A DNA stretch of 64,000 nucleotides, from contig JBPOGF010000004.1 of the NCBI GenBank assembly GCA_051251915.1, positions 1-64,000 of the forward strand. Reading direction: 5' to 3'. The stretch comes from Akkermansiaceae bacterium. Lineage in GTDB: Bacteria; Verrucomicrobiota; Verrucomicrobiia; Verrucomicrobiales; Akkermansiaceae. Below the pieces are notes generated by a model. It did not search any database. It saw nothing but the letters and a program-made list of their open reading frames with translations, and was not told where the DNA came from. The position numbers and the translations under genes were made by a program. Positions within the stretch are counted from its first letter, which is position 1, and each line of letters begins with the position of its first letter. Shown here piece after piece: positions 1 to 9,117 of the stretch.

Positions 1-78
1 GACCCCAGTTATTGGGGGATGTAGACTATGAAAAATTAAAACCAAAAGAATCACTAGACAAACCTTCTCATGGAAGGT

Positions 79-191
79 GCAGTAGCCAATCCCAGACGGC
101 GCCTGTTAGCGCAGTTTTTACACCACTAAATACTTAAACCACAGTCAAAGTTCGCCCTCCCGTCTAGGATGGCTATGCTAGGACGTTCTCC
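79..191 (+). mobile_element. attC-like integron cassette recombination site 1 (left end degenerate)
   Basis: Arms GCAGTAGCCAATCCCAGACGG (79-99) and CCGTCTAGGATGGCTATGC (~160-178) pair with two extrahelical bases. Ends GGACGTTCTCC and shares the GCTATGCTAGGACGTTCT end with site 2. Confidence 0.7.
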
Positions 192-199
192 AAAAAAAA

Positions 200-862
200 A
201 TGAGCCGAAAGCTAGTTACAAAGACAAAAGATGCAGCAAAGAAAGAGGTGTGGGTTCCATGCAACGGATGCGGTTCAGAAGATAGTGCTCATGAGTGCCT
301 TTCATATGTAGATGCTAGTGATGAATCAAGTTGCGGCAGAGTTCAATGGTGGGCACAGTATTATGTGATACAATGCAAGGGGTGCAAAGAAATCAGCTTT
401 TGTAAGCATTCACAGTTTTCGGAAGACTGGGATCTCGAGACAGGTATTCCCGAGACGAGCGAACAAGTATTTCCACCTCGTATTTCTGGGAGATCAATAA
501 TGAAAAAAGTTTACTCGCTCCCACCGGGTATAGCTCAAATCTATAAGGAGACGCATATAGCTATTTCGAATAGTCAGCCTGTCCTAACAGGAATAGGATT
601 AAGAGCCATCGTGGAAGCAGTTTGTCATGATAAAAAGACAAAAGAAAGAAGTCTGTTTGATAAGATTAATGAACTAGTTGCAATGGGTGTTTTAACTACG
701 GACAGTGCAACTATTCTCCATAAGATCCGCATAATGGGAAACAAAGCAGCACATGAGGTTAGAGTAAATCGTGAATCTGAACTCTTTGCTGCTTTCGATG
801 TCGTAGAGCACTTGCTTACAACTGTATATATTATCCCACTAACAGCCAAAGAACTCAAATAA
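200..862 (+). CDS. DUF4145 domain protein with N-terminal Zn-ribbon (gene cassette)
   Basis: Two CxxC pairs (CNGC, CKGC) and C-terminal 'LRAIVEAVC...LFDKINEL...IRIMGNKAAH' DUF4145/HEPN-like pattern; flanked by attC-like sites. Confidence 0.7.
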   Translation: MSRKLVTKTKDAAKKEVWVPCNGCGSEDSAHECLSYVDASDESSCGRVQWWAQYYVIQCKGCKEISFCKHSQFSEDWDLETGIPETSEQVFPPRISGRSIMKKVYSLPPGIAQIYKETHIAISNSQPVLTGIGLRAIVEAVCHDKKTKERSLFDKINELVAMGVLTTDSATILHKIRIMGNKAAHEVRVNRESELFAAFDVVEHLLTTVYIIPLTAKELK

Positions 863-867
863 AACTA

Positions 868-993
868 GGAGAACAAGTCGCAGTAGCTAACCCGCACGGC
901 ACATTTTCTGCGGAGTTTTCACCCAACTATAACCTCAACACCTTTGTCCACCATCGCTCTCTCCGTGGGGTTAGCTATGCTAGGACGTTCTGC
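868..993 (+). mobile_element. attC-like site 2
   Basis: R''-like GGAGAAC (868-874) is the reverse complement of GTTCTCC (185-191) that opens the cassette. Arms GCAGTAGCTAACCCGCACGG / CCGTGGGGTTAGCTATGC pair perfectly apart from two extrahelical bases. R'-like GTTCTGC at 987-993. Confidence 0.8.
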
Positions 994-998
994 AAAAA

Positions 999-1439
999 AT
1001 GTCTGAGAGCATAATCATCCATTTCAATGAATCTGATCATGCGAAGATCACCAATCTGATCGAATCCCAATTCGGATCATCTCAAAATGGAATGTGGCAT
1101 TATCCAGAAGACGACTATCTTATCATCATAACCCGTTATGAAGACATTAATTCCGAATACGAACCTCAAGAAATTGAGAGCGTGATCACTAAGCTCAATG
1201 GAAAGCCGAGTGCATCATATGACTTTGAGATCAGACGATCTAGATCAGAGGAAGCTTGCGACGTAATAGAGAGCTTTGTTCGCACAGATCTCCAAGCACT
1301 GAATTTCGTAGTGGACGACATGTTTCGAACTATCTCTGGAAGTGAATTCGAAGTTATTAATGACTTCTTGGATTGCTACAAATACAAAAAAATGCAGAAC
1401 CCAAAGATAGCTTCTCATCGGAGCGATAGCGGAGCATGA
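999..1439 (+). CDS. hypothetical protein (gene cassette)
   Basis: 146-aa ORF starting just after GTTCTGC; its 3' end contains the complementary GCAGAAC (1394-1400). Confidence 0.6.
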   Translation: MSESIIIHFNESDHAKITNLIESQFGSSQNGMWHYPEDDYLIIITRYEDINSEYEPQEIESVITKLNGKPSASYDFEIRRSRSEEACDVIESFVRTDLQALNFVVDDMFRTISGSEFEVINDFLDCYKYKKMQNPKIASHRSDSGA

Positions 1440-2189
1440 GAGTTATCGGTTGTTGTCCCGTATAGCTTCGCACGTGATGACACGAGTCCAGGGTAGCAGG
1501 CTCTGGGTGGTGGTTACTTATGCGGTTTTGATTCTGTGTTCTGCCTTAGTGGGTTGTTGCGCCAGTGAGTGTTCTTAGTGGCGTTTAATGTTATACGCAG
1601 GAGCCGATTGCCGAACTGCAGGGCTGTTCGGTAATCAAATCGAGGCTTTATAGGGTGGGGTATGTCTAGTGATGGTAATGTGGCTTTCATCGTGGCGGGT
1701 TTGAGTTTTTGAGGCTGTTTTGGGGCACACGTTCTCTGGAGATATGCCGTCGTGATCTCCTGTTTAAGGCTATGATGTTAGGTTCTGTTAGAGTCGTTTT
1801 TTTGGAATCATGATGTTATGGTGCGCGGGTGAATTGTGGCGTATAACGCCTTTGGCGCACGCGATTATAGTATTTCTGCGTGTGAATTTGTGGTTTGTGA
1901 GGGGCAGCAGAAGGGGTCTTTTTCAGGCAGTATGGGTGCTGGCTCTAGCGCTCCGAGGTGGCATCAGATTCTGAGTCGCGCTAGTGAGGTAGGTGTAGTG
2001 GCGGATGGGTCAAAATAAGAAAAACAAGTAGCTTCCTACGTGGTTAGGCATTGGCAAGCACGACAGTTATAAGCTGAAATGAGCCTTGCCACCCAGTAAG
2101 TCACCAGAGTATATTTTATAAGAAGTCCAAACACGTGAAACATAAGAACACATCAGAAGCTGAGCAACTGGTCTGCGCGTTCACCAGAG

Positions 2190-2268
2190 GAGCCTTATGT
2201 GGGAAAACCGCACGTTGGGATCTGCAAGGAGCGAGGGGGCGTCAAGTAACTGACTTTCCTACCTTGAT
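2190..2268 (+). ncRNA. group II intron 3' remnant (domains V and VI), no reverse transcriptase ORF
   Basis: GAGCCTTATGTGGGAAAACCGCACGTTGGGATCTG resembles DV (AGC triad, GAAA loop, CACGT). GGGGGCGTC...GACTTTCCTACCTTGAT resembles DVI with the branch A and AY end. Confidence 0.7.
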
Positions 2269-2283
2269 CTACCAAATTAAATT

Positions 2284-3042
2284 ATGAAAATTAAAAATAT
2301 AAGTATTATATCGTTAATTGTAGCTACAATGGTCGTACCTGCATTTTCTGTCGAAGGAACCTTTGAAACAGTAAAGACAAGAGCATCAAAAGAAATTTCT
2401 AATGCGGTGTCGCTAACGTTACGTCAACGAGCTATAGTAGAAATTTCTCAACTCTCGGCGTTAGGAATGAATGAGATGTTGTCGAAATCCGTGACTAAAG
2501 CTCTCAAGGAGGATCTACTTTCCAAGAAAGAGGTTGCTCTCATATTGACTCAATTATCTTCTTACTACGGTTTCCCTCGTGCAGAAAAATCAATGAATGC
2601 TCTTAAAGGTATTATCGAACCAGCAGAAAGCTTTGGGCTTCCTGAGGATACTGTGAAAGACCGTATAGAAGCAGGACGAGACGTATACACTAAACTTGAT
2701 GCAAATGGTTATAACAATATTAACACTGCCTTCAATCCTATTGGAAAACACTTACCCAAAACTACATTTGCTTTATTTGGAGATGCTTTTTCGAACCCTT
2801 CCTTACCATTGAAAGATAGGCAACTTGCTACAATTAGTGCCTTGGCTTCGATGGGCACAGCAAACCCACAATTGCGTTTTCATATTACTACATCATTAAA
2901 TATTGGGGTGACTAAATCTGAAATTGTGGACATGATTGTAATGACGCAATATTATGCAGGTATGCCAGCTGCCTATAATGCAGCACTGGCAGCTAAAGAG
3001 GTTTTTCAGAACAAACCCCAAAACCCATATATAGAAAAGTAG
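2284..3042 (+). CDS. carboxymuconolactone decarboxylase (CMD/AhpD) family protein, two CMD domains, with signal peptide
   Basis: Repeated CMD patterns 'EVALILTQLSSYYGFPRA' and 'LPLKDRQLATISAL...EIVDMIVMTQYYAGMPAA'; N-terminal hydrophobic signal. Confidence 0.8.
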   Translation: MKIKNISIISLIVATMVVPAFSVEGTFETVKTRASKEISNAVSLTLRQRAIVEISQLSALGMNEMLSKSVTKALKEDLLSKKEVALILTQLSSYYGFPRAEKSMNALKGIIEPAESFGLPEDTVKDRIEAGRDVYTKLDANGYNNINTAFNPIGKHLPKTTFALFGDAFSNPSLPLKDRQLATISALASMGTANPQLRFHITTSLNIGVTKSEIVDMIVMTQYYAGMPAAYNAALAAKEVFQNKPQNPYIEK

Positions 3043-3066
3043 TAACAAATGAAATAAGCTTCACAA

Positions 3067-3189
3067 GTAGAGCAAGATGCTGCTGAGCAATCCGCTATCA
3101 CCGAGTAGTTTCGTTTTATGATTTTAAGAATCTCAAACTCTTCGTCGAACCGCGACCTTTAGTGGATCGCTAGGGCTTTGGCGTTAACC
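3067..3189 (+). mobile_element. attC-like site 3 (degenerate)
   Basis: AGCAATCCGCTA (3086-3097) pairs imperfectly with TAGTGGATCGCT (3160-3171); ends GGCGTTAACC; lies just after the CMD stop, with a length similar to site 2. Confidence 0.6.
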
Positions 3190-3278
3190 TGAAACTATGC
3201 CCGGTAATGACTCCTGCACATTTGAGATAGCCCACGAAACCCCTAAGCTTATCATACTTTTTCAATACGGCATGGCTC

Positions 3279-3572
3279 ATGATGAGCTTCAGCCATCAAA
3301 TCTCTGCTAAAAATATGGAGTCTAAGTTCATCATCGCTTCTGCACTTAGTTGTATAGCTATTTTCGTTACACCAATTATGATTTATCCACTTACAGAACA
3401 TGAAGAGTTTAACTCGTCTACTACTACCAACTTCTTCGTTAGCTTATTTTTAGTTATTATAGCCATCATTTGTGTATTAGATCCTCCAAGGAGGCTATGG
3501 TCATGGATATTACTTCTGATGCTAGTTCCAATGCTAGTTTTAACTATTATGATAGGCCTAAAGTATGCCTGA
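3279..3572 (+). CDS. small hypothetical membrane protein (probable cassette)
   Basis: About three hydrophobic segments; AT-rich; follows attC-like site 3. Confidence 0.5.
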   Translation: MMSFSHQISAKNMESKFIIASALSCIAIFVTPIMIYPLTEHEEFNSSTTTNFFVSLFLVIIAIICVLDPPRRLWSWILLLMLVPMLVLTIMIGLKYA

Positions 3573-3752
3573 TGGGGTGGTAACTATACCTGTTGCCTCA
3601 TAAATAGAGCACACCCAAGCTCTTAGTAATACTCTGTAGCGTTGCCTCATAATTAGGATACTCTACGCCTTCTGTGTTTGTGGTTGATTTTTTGCCTCTT
3701 TGGTGAGGGGTAGATGTGGTAAGGGGTAGGTGAGCTTTTATACTGGGGGCTT

Positions 3753-4544
3753 TTAGAGACGATTTAGAAGCTCAGCCTTTTTCGTTGAGAACTCATATTC
3801 CGTTAGTATGCCGGCTTGATGAAGTTCTCCGAGTTGCTGAATGCTTTTGAGTGTTTCCTCGGTGTTGACGGGGTTGCTATTAGAGGCAGGAGCTGGCTGC
3901 TGTACTTCGATAGCAGGTGCAGGTTCTGCTACTGGAGCTGGAGCAGGTGCTAGTGTTGATGTTGGAGGGGTTGGCTGACTTTTTCCTGGGCCTGAAATGA
4001 GGGGTAGGTTGAGTGAGCTGAAGGTTCCGTATTGGCTGGTGAAGGTGAGTGAGCTTCCGCCGCCTTGTTGCTGTTGGACTCCGCCGATCTGGTGATCTAG
4101 GGTATCGTAAATGGAGATCTCGCCATTTGTATTGATGGCTAGGCGTCGAGCTGAGGAGAAGTAGGCGTATTGCATGCCGTTTTGGCCACCGCTGCTATTA
4201 GGGCTGCCAAGATCAGATGGCCACCAGCTACCACCGCCGATGGCATTGGAGCCTGTGCCTTGAGGGGCGGGTTGGAGTACTTGGGTGTTGGCCATTAGTG
4301 AGGAGAGTTCCCCGCATAGATTGCTGACCATGGATTGAAGGCCGGTGTTAAACATATCTCCGCACATGGTCATACCTCCTTGCATCCATTGTCCGCTTCC
4401 GAGTTCGGGAATTGAGAACTGCGCCATGGTGCCTCCTCCATTATTTACGGAGTGAAACATTGATAATGCGGAGTTCAAGCTGATGTTGTATTTCTGTGCG
4501 ATATTTGAGAGAGCTTGTTCTCCTTGTGGCGTTAGTCCGTTCAT
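3753..4544 (-). CDS. SHOCT domain-containing protein
   Basis: C-terminal 'IQQLGELHQAGILTEYEFSTKKAELLNRL' SHOCT motif after a Pro/Ala-rich linker. Confidence 0.8.
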   Translation of the reverse strand: MNGLTPQGEQALSNIAQKYNISLNSALSMFHSVNNGGGTMAQFSIPELGSGQWMQGGMTMCGDMFNTGLQSMVSNLCGELSSLMANTQVLQPAPQGTGSNAIGGGSWWPSDLGSPNSSGGQNGMQYAYFSSARRLAINTNGEISIYDTLDHQIGGVQQQQGGGSSLTFTSQYGTFSSLNLPLISGPGKSQPTPPTSTLAPAPAPVAEPAPAIEVQQPAPASNSNPVNTEETLKSIQQLGELHQAGILTEYEFSTKKAELLNRL

Positions 4545-4767
4545 AGCACGCTTCTTTAGAGCGGATTACTCAGAAGTCAAGTGCGCTGTGTGGTTTAGGT
4601 GGTGTTGTTGCTGGCTGTGGGGTTCTGGCTATGGGGGTAAGTTTTTTGGTATGGGGTGCAAAGGCTTGGTGTTTATAGGGAATAATTTGGTTTTGTGCCG
4701 ATTCACTATAAAAATACTGATACATTAGACAAGACAGATTTGGAATCTGCGCTTACATTGGCGGCAT

Positions 4768-7700
4768 ATGAAGCGTACAATGAAGTTTTTCTTACTGTGT
4801 AAAGTTTTTCTATGCATGGGGTTGAGTGCTGACACGATCAGTTTATTTGATGGCGAGACATTAGATGGCTGGGAAGGGGATTCTCGGTTTTGGAGTGTTC
4901 AGGATGGGGTGATCACGGGTAAGTCGACTGAGGCGGTTCCTTGTAAACAGACTACCTACTTGAGTTATACGAAGAAGGAGTTTGCAAATTTTGAGTTCAC
5001 TGTAGCATTTAGATTTCTGACTGAGAATGGTAATGGTGGTATCCAATACAGAAGTGCGTGGATGGATGAGGGGAAGACTAAGATGAAGGGATACCAGGCT
5101 GACTTGGAGACAGGGAAGAGATTTAGTGGGATACTTTATGAAGAGAATGGCCGAGGAATGATGGCTAAGCGTGGGGAGAAGGTTTTGGTAGGTGTGGATG
5201 GTAAGAAGACGGTTGAGAAACTAGCTGATGCTGAGAAAGCTCAGGCATCGATTAAGCATGGTGAGTGGAATACTTATCGTGTGGTGGCTGATGGTCAGAA
5301 GTTGATGCATGAGATCAATGGATTTAAGACTGTGGAAGTGGTTGATAATGAGAAGAATCGCAAGGCGGCTAAGGGCATACTTGCGCTGCAGATGCATCAG
5401 GGAGTGCCTGTGACGGTTCAGTATAAGGATGTGAAGATGTTAGAGTTGGCTGATACTAAGTTGGCATCTACAAATCCTCAGGTAATTCAGCCGGTAGCGA
5501 CACCGGAGTGGATCTGGGGTGGCGATCCGAAGGTGAAGTCTGAGGGGAAGCAGACATTTACTTTTACTAAGGAATTTGAATTAGATCAATTTCCGAAGCG
5601 ATGTTATTTGGCGATAAATGCTGATAATTCAGCGATTGTTAGACTGAACAATCGGAAGATAGTTACGCCTGATAACTGGAGAGAGTCTGCGGTTGCGGAT
5701 GTGGCTAACCATATTAATAAGGGTAAGAATACGCTTTCGATTCGGGTGACGAATGATGGCGACCTTGGTGGGTTTGTTTTGCAGTTATCTGACATTTTGG
5801 TTTCTGATGATTCATGGGTATGCGTGGATAATACGACGAAGAAGGAGATCCCGACCTTTTCTCATGGTAAGCATGGGATGAAGCCTTGGGGTAAGGTTTT
5901 GGTGGATCTGCAAGAAGAAGTTCCAGATGAGCTTAGGTCTATGGACGGGTTCAAGGTTGAGAAAATTTATTCAGTGAATAAGGAGACTGAAGGTTCATGG
6001 GTTTCTATGTGTTTTGACGATAAGGGGCAGTTATTTATTAGTGATCAGTATGGGAGCTTATACAAAATCATTCTTAAAGATGGAGAGATCCAGAGTAAGG
6101 AGAAGCTGGAAGGATTAGGCCATGCGCAAGGGTTGTGCTGGGCTTATGGGAGTCTTTATGTGGTTTCTAGTAACCGAAAGGATCCGGGTGTGCATCGTAT
6201 GACTGATACGAATAGCGATGGGAATTTTGACAAGAGCGAGCTCATTTTACCGATTATTGGTGGTGGCGAGCATGGGACTCATGGGTTGATTAAGAATCCG
6301 AATGGTGAGGGTCTACTTTTCATTGTAGGAAACCATACTCATCCGCCTAAGGATGCGACTAACATTACGAACAAGAACTGGGGTGAGGATACGCTACACC
6401 CGCATTTGAATGATGCGAGTGGTCATGCTGTGGGTGTGAAGGCTCCTGGTGGGACTTTGATTTTGCTCTCAGCTGATGGGAAAGAACGCAGAGTTCTGGC
6501 TACGGGGATGAGAAATACTTATGACATAGCGGCAAGCCCTACTGGTGAGGTGTATGGTTATGATTCTGATATGGAGTATGATGTTGGAACGCCGTGGTAT
6601 AAACCTACGAGAGTTTTGCACTACATCGAGGGTGCTGAGTATGGTTGGCGTACTGGAACGGCTAAGTGGCCGGAGTATTATGCGGATAGTTTGGGTTCAG
6701 TGATAGACATTGGGCCTGGGTGTCCTACTGGTGTTCTGTTCGGAACGGGGGCTAAGTTCCCTGCTAAGTATCAGAAGGCGTTGTATATTTTAGATTGGAC
6801 GTTTGGTAGGATTTACGCGCTTCATCTTTCACCGGATGGGACAACTTACACGGCGGCTAAAGAGGTGTTTGTTTCTGGTAAGCCATTGCCTCTGACTGAT
6901 GCGACTATTGGTCCTGATGGGTCGATGTATTTCCTTACTGGTGGTAGACGTCTGCGTTCTGCACTTTATAGAGTGGATTACGACGGTTCTGAATCCACAG
7001 CGCCTGTGGCGGTGGGGACTGTGACTGCGGCTCAGAAAAAGCTAAAGCAGATCCAGGAGTCTAAGGATGTAGCGGAGCTTTGGGAGAATGTAGGTAGTGC
7101 AGATAGAACGCTTCGTTATGCGGCGCGTGTGTCTATGGAGCAGATTCCTACTGAGAAGTGGGTGAAGAAATATCAGGCTGAGTCTGATCCTCAGACGTTG
7201 ATTACTTCTAGCTTGGCGTTATCACGCAATAAGGCTGAGCCTCAGGTGATCATTGATAAGTTGTTAGAGATTGATTTCGACAAGTTGGATGAGGCGATGA
7301 AGCTGGAGTATCTGCGTGCTGTATCACTGGTGTTTATCCGTAATGGTAAGCCAGAGGAGCAGACAAGAATGAAGTTGCTAGAGAAGTTTAATCACTATCC
7401 AAGTAGCAGTATGTTTGTGAATAGGGAGCTTTGCCGAGTGTTGGTTTATCTGGATTCTAAGACGGTTCTTCCGCAGACATTGTTCTTGATGAATAACTCG
7501 ATCGTGGTGAAGGAAGATATCCCTGAGGATCTGTTAGAAGGTCATGATAAGTATGGAAAAGATATTCAGAATATGCTTGCGAACCAGCCAGACAGTCAGG
7601 CGCTACATTATGCGCTGATGCTTAAGAACCAGAAAAGCGGCTGGAATAAGCAGACGGTGACTGATTATTATAAGTGGTTAGCTAAGGCTGAGTCTAAGAC

Positions 7701-8325
7701 TGGTGGTAATAGTTATAAGGGGTTCATTAAGAATATCCGTAGTGAAGCGATGAAGAATATCGAGGCGAAGCCTGAGTTGGTGGAGTTAGCGAAAGAGTTA
7801 TCGACTGTGGTTCCGGCGGCTCAGCCGATGGAATTTGCGAAGGGTCCTGGTAGAAATTGGTCTGCTGAGGAGGCTTTGGCTGCTGTTGAGGATCTTTCTA
7901 AAGCGGATGTTGCTAATGGGAAGAAAATGTTCCAAGCGGTTCACTGTGCTAAGTGCCACAGCCATTCTGGCGAAGGTGGTAGCTCTGGTCCTGAGCTTAC
8001 TCAATTAGCGAATCGTTTCAGTAAGAAGGATATTCTGAAGGCTATCATTGATCCATCTGAGGTAATTTCAGATCAATACCAATCGACTATTTTGCATCTT
8101 GATGATGAGACCACGATAGCGGGTAAGATCATGAAAGAGGACGATGAGCATATTTACTTGGCGAGTAATCCATTTGATCTAACGGTGCACACACCTGTGC
8201 TGCAATCTTCTGTGGTGAAGCGCACAGTAGCAACTACTTCGACGATGCCTCCATCACTTATCAATGCGATGAATCCGGATGAGTTGAGAGACTTAATGCT
8301 TTACCTTACTAACCAAAGTAATTAA
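4768..8325 (+). CDS. secreted DUF1080 + beta-propeller/HEAT + cytochrome c (PVC-type putative membrane-bound dehydrogenase) protein
   Basis: Signal peptide; DUF1080 'SLFDGETLDGW...GEWNTY...GILALQMH'; 'GMRNTYDIA' propeller; 'GKKMF..HCAKCH..GPELT' CxxCH; 'STMP' axial Met region. Confidence 0.8.
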   Translation: MKRTMKFFLLCKVFLCMGLSADTISLFDGETLDGWEGDSRFWSVQDGVITGKSTEAVPCKQTTYLSYTKKEFANFEFTVAFRFLTENGNGGIQYRSAWMDEGKTKMKGYQADLETGKRFSGILYEENGRGMMAKRGEKVLVGVDGKKTVEKLADAEKAQASIKHGEWNTYRVVADGQKLMHEINGFKTVEVVDNEKNRKAAKGILALQMHQGVPVTVQYKDVKMLELADTKLASTNPQVIQPVATPEWIWGGDPKVKSEGKQTFTFTKEFELDQFPKRCYLAINADNSAIVRLNNRKIVTPDNWRESAVADVANHINKGKNTLSIRVTNDGDLGGFVLQLSDILVSDDSWVCVDNTTKKEIPTFSHGKHGMKPWGKVLVDLQEEVPDELRSMDGFKVEKIYSVNKETEGSWVSMCFDDKGQLFISDQYGSLYKIILKDGEIQSKEKLEGLGHAQGLCWAYGSLYVVSSNRKDPGVHRMTDTNSDGNFDKSELILPIIGGGEHGTHGLIKNPNGEGLLFIVGNHTHPPKDATNITNKNWGEDTLHPHLNDASGHAVGVKAPGGTLILLSADGKERRVLATGMRNTYDIAASPTGEVYGYDSDMEYDVGTPWYKPTRVLHYIEGAEYGWRTGTAKWPEYYADSLGSVIDIGPGCPTGVLFGTGAKFPAKYQKALYILDWTFGRIYALHLSPDGTTYTAAKEVFVSGKPLPLTDATIGPDGSMYFLTGGRRLRSALYRVDYDGSESTAPVAVGTVTAAQKKLKQIQESKDVAELWENVGSADRTLRYAARVSMEQIPTEKWVKKYQAESDPQTLITSSLALSRNKAEPQVIIDKLLEIDFDKLDEAMKLEYLRAVSLVFIRNGKPEEQTRMKLLEKFNHYPSSSMFVNRELCRVLVYLDSKTVLPQTLFLMNNSIVVKEDIPEDLLEGHDKYGKDIQNMLANQPDSQALHYALMLKNQKSGWNKQTVTDYYKWLAKAESKTGGNSYKGFIKNIRSEAMKNIEAKPELVELAKELSTVVPAAQPMEFAKGPGRNWSAEEALAAVEDLSKADVANGKKMFQAVHCAKCHSHSGEGGSSGPELTQLANRFSKKDILKAIIDPSEVISDQYQSTILHLDDETTIAGKIMKEDDEHIYLASNPFDLTVHTPVLQSSVVKRTVATTSTMPPSLINAMNPDELRDLMLYLTNQSN

Positions 8326-8335
8326 TACGTCTGCT

Positions 8336-9061
8336 ATGAATGATTTCTTGGCAAATTATCTGAAGATGCCTGACACAGCCAGGCTACTATTTGATGAGAT
8401 GCCGAGATTCATTTATTTTATGAAGGATGAAGAGTTGCGGTTTGTGAGACTGAATCAGACCTTGGTTGAGAAACTAGGTTTGCCGGAGGAGGAGATTCTA
8501 GGGAAGACTGATTATGATCTTTTGCCTAAGTCGATGGCGGATGCGTTCTATAAGGATGATCAATATATTCTTAATACGAAGAAGCCTATTTTGAACAAGG
8601 TGGAGTTGGTTCCCTCTAGTCGTGGGCAGGCTGACTGGTCGTTGACTAATAAGGTTCCTATGTTTGATGATGAGGGGAATATAGCGGCGATTATTGGAGC
8701 GACTCGACCGTTTTCTACGAGTGATACGGCTCGTAATTCTAGTAATTCGCTGAGTTTGATGATTGAGTTTATCAAGGAGAACTATGCGAAAAAATTATCG
8801 ATAGAGGATCTGGCTACGATGTCATCATTGTCGGTGAGTGCGCTGGAGCGGAAGTTTAAAAAGGTGTTTCACATTACACCGAGTCAGTACATTTTGAACA
8901 TAAGGATTCAGGAGGCTTGTCATTTATTGATTCACAGTTCTCGGCCGTTGATAGAGATAGCTAGTGATTGTGGTTTTTATGATCAGAGTCATTTTAGCCG
9001 GCAGTTCTCAAAGGCGATGAACAGTTCTCCTTTGAAATACCGGAAACAATTTAGAATTTGA
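8336..9061 (+). CDS. AraC-family regulator with N-terminal PAS domain
   Basis: 'FMKD..RF...N...ILGKTDYDL' PAS_4 pattern; C-terminal '[17 protein letters not shown]' AraC HTH. Confidence 0.9.
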   Translation: MNDFLANYLKMPDTARLLFDEMPRFIYFMKDEELRFVRLNQTLVEKLGLPEEEILGKTDYDLLPKSMADAFYKDDQYILNTKKPILNKVELVPSSRGQADWSLTNKVPMFDDEGNIAAIIGATRPFSTSDTARNSSNSLSLMIEFIKENYAKKLSIEDLATMSSLSVSALERKFKKVFHITPSQYILNIRIQEACHLLIHSSRPLIEIASDCGFYDQSHFSRQFSKAMNSSPLKYRKQFRI

Positions 9062-9117
9062 TTTCGTGGTTTACTGATCAACTTCAAATACACTATAACT
9101 TAGTGAACCAATCTAAA

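Noticed and set aside
1..78. Small hairpins (CCCCAG/TGGGGG; ACCTTC/GAAGGT) as insertion-sequence ends
   Set aside because: At the window edge with no transposase or target duplication visible.
1836..2018. 60-aa ORF
   Set aside because: GTG start, no recognisable motif, and it lies in a decayed region overlapping an attC-like palindrome.
3592..3651. GTTGCCTCATAA direct repeat as an attI site
   Set aside because: It lies at the distal end of the array with no adjacent integrase; too short to assign.
4483..4728. 81-aa Cys-rich ORF
   Set aside because: Overlaps the SHOCT gene antisense and the divergent promoter region; its composition reflects the G/T skew.
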